Notes under the pieces: generated by a model | What the model saw: the letters and a program-made list of their open reading frames with translations, nothing else | What the model was told of the DNA's origin: nothing | Database searches by the model: none | Position numbers and translations under genes: made by a program | Shown here: positions 28,287-36,800 of the stretch, piece by piece | Layout: each line of letters begins with the position of its first letter | Numbering within the stretch: the first letter of the stretch is position 1 | DNA from: Candidatus Omnitrophota bacterium | Lineage (GTDB): Bacteria; Omnitrophota; Omnitrophia; Omnitrophales; Aquincolibacteriaceae | Reading direction: 5' to 3' | Length of the DNA: 64,000 nucleotides | NCBI GenBank assembly: GCA_903819565.1 | Contig: CAIJDY010000030.1 | Span: 7,128-71,127 of the forward strand

Positions 28287-28948
28287 GCGAACAATCCATG
28301 GATGTCCGGAAACTTTACCAGGAACGGTTTTCTTCCGAAGACCTCCGGAAGAAAAACGGGATCTGGAAAGTGCTGTGCGGCTCTTTTTTCCAGCGGTTCA
28401 TCCGGGAAGACCAGGCCGTCGTGGACGTCGGCGCGGGCTATTGTGAATTTATCAACCATATCCGGTGCGCAAAAAAATTGGCCGTGGACCCCAACGAGGA
28501 CACCGCGCGCCATGCCGCGCCGGACGTCCGGGTCTTTACGGATCTTTCTTTTTTGAAGGACGGGTCCGTCGATGCCGCGTTCATGAGCAATCTTCTGGAG
28601 CACATGAAATCGAAGGAAGACATCCTGAAGCTCTTCGCGGAAGTCCGGCGTGTTTTGAAGACGGACGGGCGGCTCCTGATCCTCCAGCCCAATATCCGGT
28701 TCCTGTCCCGGGAGTACTGGGATTTTTTCGACCACCACATTCCGCTCAGCGACCGGAGCCTGGCCGAAGGGCTTCTATTGGCAGGTTTTCAGATCGAAAA
28801 AGTCATTCCCCGGTTCCTGCCCTACACGACCAAGTGCCGCATGCCCCAGAACCCTTTGTGGGTCAAGCTGTACCTGAACATGCCCTGGGCGTGGGGGATC
28901 TTCGGCAAGCAAACCTTCGCGGTGGCAAGGAAAGCATGTACGGCCTAG
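28283..28948 (+). CDS. Class I SAM-dependent methyltransferase
   Basis: VDVGAGYCEF, SNLLEH, RRVLKTDG; ATGA overlap with the upstream gene. Confidence 0.9.
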   Translation: MSEQSMDVRKLYQERFSSEDLRKKNGIWKVLCGSFFQRFIREDQAVVDVGAGYCEFINHIRCAKKLAVDPNEDTARHAAPDVRVFTDLSFLKDGSVDAAFMSNLLEHMKSKEDILKLFAEVRRVLKTDGRLLILQPNIRFLSREYWDFFDHHIPLSDRSLAEGLLLAGFQIEKVIPRFLPYTTKCRMPQNPLWVKLYLNMPWAWGIFGKQTFAVARKACTA

Positions 28949-29655
28949 TTCAGATCGTGATGCCGGTGTATAACGAAGGGAAGAATATCGCGAAAACGAT
29001 TGCCACGATCGAAGTGAAAGTAAAAACCCCGTTCCGCGTCCTCATGGTCTACGATTTCGATGAAGACGACACCCTTCCCGAGGCCCGGTCCCTGCAGGGG
29101 CGGTACGACATCCGGCTGATCCGGAACCGCTACGGCCGGGGAGTTCTTAACGCGATCAAGACCGGGTTTGAAAGCGCGGAGGACGGCGCCGTGCTGGTCT
29201 CGATGGCGGATCTCTCCGACGATTATTCCGTGGTCGATGTCATGATCGGAAAGCTCAACGAGGGGTACGATATCGTGTGCGGTTCCCGGTACATGAAAGG
29301 GGGACGGCAGGTCGGAGGGCCGAAGTTCAAAGGGTTCCTTTCGCGCGCGGCCGGTCTTTCGCTCCATTTTTTGACGGGGATCCCAACTCATGATATTTCG
29401 AACAGCTTCAAGATGTACACCAAAAAGCTTCTGGAAGCGATCCGGATCGAAAGCCGCGGCGGGTTCGAGCTCGGCATGGAGATCGTCGTAAAGGCTTTCC
29501 GCCAGGATTTCAGGATCGCGGAAGTTCCTTCCGTGTGGCAGGACCGGAGCGCGGGAACTTCAAAGTTCAAGCTGTGGGAATGGCTGCCGCATTATCTGCG
29601 CTGGTATTTTTTCGCGCTGACATCAACTTCGAGGAAAGCCCCGCTTCGTTCCTGA
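28936..29655 (+). CDS. GT2 polyprenyl-phosphate glycosyltransferase (DPM1-like)
   Basis: VMPVYNE, MADLSD, VCGSRY, R..GTSKF. Confidence 0.92.
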   Translation: MYGLVQIVMPVYNEGKNIAKTIATIEVKVKTPFRVLMVYDFDEDDTLPEARSLQGRYDIRLIRNRYGRGVLNAIKTGFESAEDGAVLVSMADLSDDYSVVDVMIGKLNEGYDIVCGSRYMKGGRQVGGPKFKGFLSRAAGLSLHFLTGIPTHDISNSFKMYTKKLLEAIRIESRGGFELGMEIVVKAFRQDFRIAEVPSVWQDRSAGTSKFKLWEWLPHYLRWYFFALTSTSRKAPLRS

Positions 29656-29668
29656 CCCGCAAAAAATT

Positions 29669-29701
29669 AGGGGACAGACATGAAGTGACTGTCTGTCCCC
29701 T
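29669..29701. repeat. Perfect 12-bp-stem palindrome (GGGGACAG-type, REP-like) between convergent genes; may act as a terminator
   Basis: aggggacagaca-N9-tgtctgtcccct. Confidence 0.7.
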
Positions 29702-29720
29702 GGAAAATATCAGGCAGGGC

Positions 29721-31796
29721 TCAGCGTTCAAATTCGTTCGCGAACAGTTTGAGGCTGAGCAGCGATCGCTTGATCTCCCCCCAGTTAAGAAAAGGAAGGA
29801 TGTCCGAGTAGCCGTCCGTCCAGACACGGTGACGTTCCGTCAGCCGGTTGGCGATAGGCTCCCACCCGTGATCGACGACCAGCGTCTGGAACTTCGTGCC
29901 GTCCCATGTGAACGCCATCCAATGCGAAGGAAGTCCGGCGGGCTGTCCGGAGGTCATGCGGTAGAGCACCCACGCCTTCGCATCCCTGGCGGCTTCCACG
30001 AGGACCGGCTCCAGCCGGATAAAGCGGTTGCTGATATGGAACAGCAGCAGGCCGCCTTCGTTCAAATGTTCCTTGTATCCGGCGACGGCTTCCCGGGTCA
30101 CAAGATGGAAGGGGATGGAATCGCCGCCGAACGCGTCCACGACGAGGACGTCGTATTTGCGCTCCGGCGCTAGCTCAAGCGAGCGGCGCGCATCGCCATA
30201 GAAGACGCTGATCTTTCCCCGCGCGTTCGCCAGAAACGTAAAATATTTTTTGGCGATGACGCCGATGTCGGGATCCAATTCATAATAATCCATGGTGTCG
30301 CCGGGTTTCGTGTAGATCGCGAGCGATCCCGTGCCGAGGCCGATGATGCCGCAGGATTGAAAACGGAATTTCTCCGAGGAGAAAAGTTCTCCGGCCGGCG
30401 ACGTCGGACTGTAGAAGGAACTTGGCACAAGCTCCAGACCCGGTACTCGAAGCTGCGCTCCGTGCAGGGTCGTTCCGTGGCTCAGGATCCGCACGTCCTT
30501 CGTGTCGGTCACTTCGTAGATCCCGTAGTAATTCCGGGCCTTGAAAACGGCGTGGGAACTGGCGCCGGTTATTTCGGGAATCCAAAATATGCACAGCAAT
30601 GCCGGTACGATCGCCAGGGCTCCTGTTCGTAAATGGGCCAGCCACCTGGTCCCCGCCGTCTTTTTTTCGGCGATCCATACGGCCGCGGCGATCAGCGTCA
30701 GGGCCAAAAGGTATTCGATGACTGACTTCGAAACGAGCGGCATGACCCAGCTGGTCAGGAGTCCGCCGAGGAACCCTCCGAACGAGAGCGTCAGATAGAA
30801 CGCGGTCAGATGGCGTTCCGAAGACGGTTTGTGGGCCGCCAGCCGGTTCTGGCAATAAAGGCACAGAAGGAACAGGGCCGTGCTAAAAACGATCAGTTCG
30901 ATCGCGACCGGGAAACTCTTTTTTTTGACCGCGAAAAATAACAGGGCGCCGCCGGCGAGCAGGAAGGAAATATTTTTGAGTATCCATGGGGGGCACCAGG
31001 GCTTCGGCTTAAAACTCAGCACGAAAGCGAAAAGATAAATGGCCAAAGGCAGGACCCAGAAAAGAGGGACCGGGGCGATCGCGTAAGTGATGATGTTCGT
31101 GACGGCCATGAAAAGCATGACGCCGGCGGCGCTGAATAAAAACCAGAGGCCCATTTTCGTGCCGGGCATTTCTTTTTCCCGAGTTGAAGATACAGGCGCG
31201 GGAGGATTCACCGGGACGAGCATGAAGAGCAGAACATTAAAAACCGCCAGGAACCCGTAGCCCCACCGCCAGAACTGTTCCTGCTGCGGCAGCGTCAGAC
31301 ACAATTCAAATATAAAAGGATAAGTCAGGAGCGCGCCGAGGGAGCCGGCGTTGGAGGTCGCGTAAAGGGCGTAGGGGTTGGACCGCTGCGGGAGCGAAGA
31401 GGCCGCGAGCCACGATTGAAGTGCGACGCTGATCGTTGACAGGACGAAAAAGACCGGCCCGATGCTGGCCAGCAAACGCCCAAAAACGCTTCCGGCCAGG
31501 AAAGCGGAATTTTCCCCGCCGCCGATCCCGAGGACGTGTCCCGGGAAAAACAAAAAGGGAAGGAACACGAGCAGGAGCTGGATCTTCCGGTAGACGCGGG
31601 CGCCCCATTTTTGGACCGCGCAATGGACGGAGACGTATCCCAGCAGCAAAAAAGCCTGGAAGAAGACCAGGCAGGCGCCCCACACGAAATAACTTCCGCC
31701 GTAAACGGGGAGAAGCTTTTTGGCGATGATGAGCTCGATCTGGAACAGGAGGAACGCGGCAAGGAACGTGATTGTGTGCAAAAGGAAAATCGCCAT
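29721..31796 (-). CDS. Membrane protein with C-terminal spermidine-synthase-like SAM-binding domain
   Basis: PYALYATSNAGS, HGTTLHG, IGLGTGSL, YELDP, GDAR, DAFGGDSIPFHL. Confidence 0.88.
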   Translation of the reverse strand: MAIFLLHTITFLAAFLLFQIELIIAKKLLPVYGGSYFVWGACLVFFQAFLLLGYVSVHCAVQKWGARVYRKIQLLLVFLPFLFFPGHVLGIGGGENSAFLAGSVFGRLLASIGPVFFVLSTISVALQSWLAASSLPQRSNPYALYATSNAGSLGALLTYPFIFELCLTLPQQEQFWRWGYGFLAVFNVLLFMLVPVNPPAPVSSTREKEMPGTKMGLWFLFSAAGVMLFMAVTNIITYAIAPVPLFWVLPLAIYLFAFVLSFKPKPWCPPWILKNISFLLAGGALLFFAVKKKSFPVAIELIVFSTALFLLCLYCQNRLAAHKPSSERHLTAFYLTLSFGGFLGGLLTSWVMPLVSKSVIEYLLALTLIAAAVWIAEKKTAGTRWLAHLRTGALAIVPALLCIFWIPEITGASSHAVFKARNYYGIYEVTDTKDVRILSHGTTLHGAQLRVPGLELVPSSFYSPTSPAGELFSSEKFRFQSCGIIGLGTGSLAIYTKPGDTMDYYELDPDIGVIAKKYFTFLANARGKISVFYGDARRSLELAPERKYDVLVVDAFGGDSIPFHLVTREAVAGYKEHLNEGGLLLFHISNRFIRLEPVLVEAARDAKAWVLYRMTSGQPAGLPSHWMAFTWDGTKFQTLVVDHGWEPIANRLTERHRVWTDGYSDILPFLNWGEIKRSLLSLKLFANEFER

Positions 31797-31903
31797 AAAG
31801 TCCCCGGTGATCTTTAAAAAGGACGTTCGAGAGGCGCCTGGAAAAATGCGCGCCCGGAAGACAGTCTAGAGCCCTGAAAATGCCCGGTCAAACAAAATGT
31901 CCC

Positions 31904-32533
31904 TCAGCGCTTCCTTTCATCCACGACCTGTTCAACCCCGGGGTTTGGACGGGGTGCTTCCGGCGGCGCCGCGTCCTCGGGAGGAAGGATCTTCACGGGC
32001 CTTCTTACCGATTCTTCCGTGGAGAACTCGTCCTGGCAGCGCGGACAGCGGCTTATCTTCGAGAAGCGAACGCAGTAGTGTTGGATCCCGACCGCGGCGT
32101 GATCGTTCTCGAAACATTTCGGACAGACGCACTCTCCGGAGGATTTGTGCCGGTAGACGGTGACGCCCGTCGGGAGTTTGTGGGCCTCATAAGGTTCGCC
32201 GCCGTTCCCGGGCAGCCGCTGCGACAGCTCCCTGAGCTTCGCGTTCTCTCTCTGGAGCTCGAGCCTTGACGTCTCGAGACCGGATAATTTTTCGTGGATC
32301 GAAAGAATGCCTTCCTGAAGGAGGTCCATCTGCTGTTTAAGAAGCGCGAGGTCGAAACCGACGGGGGAACGGTCCAGCAGCAGTTCACCGCGGGGGGCGC
32401 GCGGAGACGCTTTCTTCTTTCGCGGCGTTTTCTTTTCCTTCTGGGGCCGGAAGTAATCCAGGGAAGCGATTTTATCCCCGGGGATTTTTTCGAGAGCTTT
32501 TTTCATCGCGTCGCTGACATATTCTTTTTTCAT
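31904..32533 (-). CDS. Hypothetical protein with coiled coil and CxxC...CxxC zinc ribbon
   Basis: Heptad region LSGLETSRLELQRENAKLRE; CPKC and CPRC motifs. Confidence 0.65.
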   Translation of the reverse strand: MKKEYVSDAMKKALEKIPGDKIASLDYFRPQKEKKTPRKKKASPRAPRGELLLDRSPVGFDLALLKQQMDLLQEGILSIHEKLSGLETSRLELQRENAKLRELSQRLPGNGGEPYEAHKLPTGVTVYRHKSSGECVCPKCFENDHAAVGIQHYCVRFSKISRCPRCQDEFSTEESVRRPVKILPPEDAAPPEAPRPNPGVEQVVDERKR

Positions 32534-32648
32534 GGCAAACCGTAAGGTCCTCCGGGCCATTCAAGTATCGGTCATGCCGGGATTTTCTAGAGTGCGGAGT
32601 GCCGGGGGCCGTTCCGGTGCCGGAAGAGGGGGGATCGGGTTTCGGGGA

Positions 32649-33020
32649 CTATCCGAGGAGCTCGTCGATGGCTTGGAACAGCTGTTCGCCGAAAAAAGGC
32701 TTCGTGAGCACATGCTTGATATGGGTGACGAATTTTGTCGCTTCCAAATAGTTTTCCCCGCTATTAAGCGCTCCGCCTCCTGACATGGCGATGATCTTCA
32801 CGGCGGGGAAGTCCTTTTGGATCTCCTGGATGGTCGTAACGCCGTCTTTGACCGGCATGATAATGTCCGTAATCACAAGGTCGACGGGGGTTGTTTTGAG
32901 CGCCTGGATCCCCTTTTCCCCGTCCTCCGCGGTGATCACCTGATAGTTTTTGCGCTCCAGCATTTCCTTCATCGTTTCCCTGAACAAAGGATTGTCTTCG
33001 ATCACAAGGATGCGGGGCAT
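32649..33020 (-). CDS. Stand-alone response regulator receiver (CheY-like)
   Basis: ILVIED, ITDIIMPVKDG, IAMSG, KPF. Confidence 0.93.
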   Translation of the reverse strand: MPRILVIEDNPLFRETMKEMLERKNYQVITAEDGEKGIQALKTTPVDLVITDIIMPVKDGVTTIQEIQKDFPAVKIIAMSGGGALNSGENYLEATKFVTHIKHVLTKPFFGEQLFQAIDELLG

Positions 33021-33393
33021 GGGAGCGTTCTCTTTCGAAGGAGTTCGTTGATGGCTTGCAATAATTGTTCGCTGGAAAAAGGTTTTTGGAGCACATGCTT
33101 GATATGGTTGATGTATTTCGCCGCTTCCAGGTAGCCATCACCCTTATTGATGACCCCGCCTCCCGACATGGCGATGATCTTGACCGAAGGGAAACCCGTT
33201 TGAATATTCTTGATGGTCGTGACCCCGTCCGAGACCGGCATGATAATGTCCGTGATCACGAGGTCCACCGGGACGCTTTTGAGGGTTTGGATCCATTGGC
33301 AGCGGTAATGACCTCATAGTGATTCTGTTCCAGCGCTTCTTTCAGTATTCCCCGGAAGGAGGCGTCATCTTCGATCACAAGGACGCGTGCCAT
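33002..33393 (-). pseudogene. Frameshifted receiver-domain gene
   Basis: MARVLVIEDDASFRG... from ATG 33393 shifts frame near 33295 (about 10 nt missing relative to paralogs), then continues as IQTLKSVPVDLVITDIIMP. Confidence 0.85.
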
Positions 33394-33404
33394 GAAATCG
33401 TTTC

Positions 33405-33500
33405 CTTTCTGAGACGGTCGTTGGTGTCTTGCAATAACGGTTCGCCGAAAAACGGTTTCGGAAGCAACCGGTTGATAGGGGGAATGTCTTTCGTCGTTCC
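33405..33500 (-). pseudogene. C-terminal relic of a fourth receiver gene copy
   Basis: TTKDIPPINRLLPKPFFGEPLLQDTNDRL aligns with ATKFVTHIKHVLTKPFFGEQLFQAIDEL. Confidence 0.7.
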
Positions 33501-33507
33501 CGAGAGG

Positions 33508-33879
33508 CTACCCCAGGACCTTCTCGATGGTTTGGAACAACACTTCGCCGGAAAAAGGTTTTTGGAGCACATGCTTGATGTGGGTGATGAACATCGTGGC
33601 TTCCAGGTAGGTTTCCCCTTTATTGATCGCGCCGCCCCCTGACATGGCGATAATCTTGGCCGCGGGGAATTCCCTTTGGATGTCCTGGATGGTCGTGACG
33701 CCGTCTTTGACCGGCATGATGATGTCCGTGATCACCAGGTCGACCGGGTTGCTTTTAATCGCCTGGAGCCCTTTGTCCCCGTCTTCCGCGGTGATGACCT
33801 GATGGTTTTTCCGTTCCAGCATTTCCTTCAGGGTCTCCCGGAACGAAGCGTTGTCTTCGATGACAAGGATGCGTGCCAT
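33508..33879 (-). CDS. Stand-alone response regulator receiver (CheY-like)
   Basis: Near-identical paralog of 32649..33020; GGGAG RBS. Confidence 0.93.
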   Translation of the reverse strand: MARILVIEDNASFRETLKEMLERKNHQVITAEDGDKGLQAIKSNPVDLVITDIIMPVKDGVTTIQDIQREFPAAKIIAMSGGGAINKGETYLEATMFITHIKHVLQKPFSGEVLFQTIEKVLG

Positions 33880-33893
33880 ACAGGCTCCCTTCT

Positions 33894-36800
33894 TTATGCG
33901 TGAGCAGCGACGCGAGGTAAAAAGATGCTAACGACGGTTCCTTTGCCGACTTCGCTTTCCACCGCGATCTTTCCGTTGTACCGAGCGACGACGTTATGGG
34001 TCATGAAAAGTCCGAGGCCGGTCCCTTCGCCGATTTCTTTAGTCGTAAAAAACGGCTCGAAGATGCGGTCGAGCGTTTTCGGGTCCATGCCGCGCCCCGT
34101 GTCTTCGAGGGTCATTTTAACATAGTCGCCTCCCTCAAAGAGCGCATATTTTTTCGCCGTTTGTTCATCCGCCAGGATCCACGAAAGGCTGAAGGTGATG
34201 ATCTCTTCTTTCGCGGGATCCAGCGCCTGGTAGCTGTTGGAAAGGATGTTGAGCAGGGCGTGTTGTATCTCGTTCGGGTCCGCCCGGACAAGTCCGCAGT
34301 GGGGAGCCAGATTCTCACGGAGCTGAATGTCCCCTTTGACCGAGGCCCGGAACAATTTCAGCGTGTTCGCGACGACGGGGTAGATCTCGATCTCGTTGAT
34401 GTCGCGTTCCTGCGCCCGGCTGAAAGAAAGCATTTGCCCGATCAATTGTTTTGCGCTGTCGACCCCTTCGATGGCCCGGAGAAGGTCCTTGTGTGTCCGG
34501 CTGCCCGGCGCGATATCTCCGAGCGCCATCTCCGTGCAGCCGCGGATCGAGGCCAGGATGTTATTGAAATTATGGGCGATCCCGTTGGCCATGGTCCCGA
34601 TCGATTCCATTTTTTGAGCCTGCATCAGCTGTTTGATAAGCATTTCCTTTTCTTGGATGGCTTTCAGCTGTTCCGTGATGTCATGCATGACGGCGACCGC
34701 GCCTAAAATCCTGCCGTCTTCCGCTTTGATGGGAGAGGCCTCGGCGATGACATGCCGTTGGGGGCCGCCTTTCGGGGCGATCACCATCCCGGCATCGTGG
34801 ACTTTTTCACCGCGGAAAGCCCGCAGCAAGGGGATCGTGCGGACATCTAAGGGGGTGATCCCGTCTTCCTCATAGAGGTTATAATGACCGGCCCAGTTCT
34901 CCTGCGATAAAGAGCTCTCGGCGCTTAACTCGTGCCATTCGCGGGCCGTACGGTTAAAGAGGATCAGTTCGCTTTTTTCGTTACAGGCGATCACTCCCGC
35001 GTTCATGTTCTCAAGAAGCGCGGAGGAAAAAAGCTGTTCCAGTGCCAACTTTTCCTCAGCTTGTTTTCGCTCGGTGATGTCCTGGAACGTGCCCAAGACG
35101 TAGGAGCGTTCCCCCTCGACCACCGGTGCGATCCCCCGCACTTCGGTCCAGATCATCCTGCCTGTGCCCGTGATGCCACGGCACTCTATAGCAAATCGTT
35201 CGCCGGTGGCCAGACAGCGGGCGATGCTGTCCTTGATCTTGGGAACGTACTCCGGCAGATAAAATTTCAGACCTTCTGTCAATCCGAGCTGGTTCCCTTT
35301 GGGATATTCGATGATTTCGAAAACTCCTTCGGTCCATTCGAGATAGTCTGTCAGAGGATTCGCTTTCCACCCCGACAAGCGGGCGATCCGCTGCGTTTCC
35401 TGGAGAAAGACTTGGCTTTCCCGCAACGCCTCTTCCGCGCGTTTGCGTTCGGTGATGTCGCGAAACGTCCAGATCCTTCCGTAGTATTTTCCGTCCTTGC
35501 CCCAAACGGGCGCGGAATACCTGTCCAGGACCATCCCGTTCTTGAACTCGATCTCGTCACGGCTGGTCTCTCCCGGGTGGTTGTAAAGATCCCGGACCCT
35601 TTCGAGAAAAGAATCGGGGTCCCGGGTCAGGCTGACCACATACTTGAGCAGCGCGGCATCATCCGGGTCCTCCGCGATGTGTTGGGGGACATTGAAAATC
35701 TCGAGCATCCGCTGGTTCGTAAGGACCCGCTGCTGTTTCTCGTCGACCACCAGGATCCCGTCGAGGGACGCGTTCGTTTGAGCTTCCAGCAAAGCCGTTT
35801 TCGATCGCAAAGCCACGTCGGCCTGACGGATCTCCGTCATGTCCCTGTCCGATCCGCGATATCCGGTGAGATTGTTCTGAGAGTCCAAAAGCGGGACACC
35901 GTTCGTGATCATTAAAAGGATCCGTCCGTCCTTGGCTTGAACCTGGTTGGGCAAATTGCGGAACGAGCCCTTTCGCTCAAAAACGGCCAGGGTGATTTTT
36001 CTAAAAACCTCGCGACCTTCTTCGGGGTGGAGGTCGTAAAAATATTTTTTTCCGACCAATTCCTGCGCTTCGTAGCCGATGACTTTTTTGCAGCTCTGGC
36101 TCAGGTAGGTGTAGAGGCCCGCGGCGTCAGTTTCCCAGATCATTTCCGAACTCAGGGCCGCGATCTGATCGAAACGTTCTTTGCTATCCCGCAACAAGTC
36201 TTCCGCTTTCTTGCGCTGGGAGATGTCGTTCAAAAGAGCGACGACATATTCCACGTTTCCCTGGGGATCCCGTACGCAGCCCACGGCCAGATCGACCCAG
36301 ATCACGGCGCCGTTTTTGCGGACGAACCGTTTCTCCAGGTCGTACTGTTTGATTTCGCCAGACAGCAGGCGGTTAAATTGTGCGACGTCCTCGGCAAGGT
36401 CATCGGGGTACGTCATTTCCGCCCAGGTCATGTCGACAAGTTCCTCCCGGGAATAACCCAAAAGGGAACAGACCTGATCATTTACCTGGATCCAGCCTTT
36501 TGTGGGAGAGGTGATCGCGATGCCGGTCAGGGCGAGATCAAAATAACTGCGAAAGCGGGCCTCACTTTTTCGGAGGTCCGATTGCTGGGCCTGGATGCTT
36601 GTGTCGGTGTGGCGGAGCAGGATGTAGATGAATCCCAGGATCAGCGTCATCAGCACCAGAGCGCTCATTCCTCCGAGGATTAACGGGCGTGAAAAGTTCT
36701 CCTTGTCAGTCGAAAGATCGCGTGTGACGATCAGATGGCCGACCTCCTTGCCCGAAGCGTCCGCAAGAGGCAGTGCGGATACCCGCCACTCATTTCCGTC

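Noticed and set aside
27093-28935. Long N-terminal extensions of the SDR and GT2 ORFs in the ORF track
   Set aside because: They overlap upstream genes; family homology begins at ATG 27267 and ATG 28936
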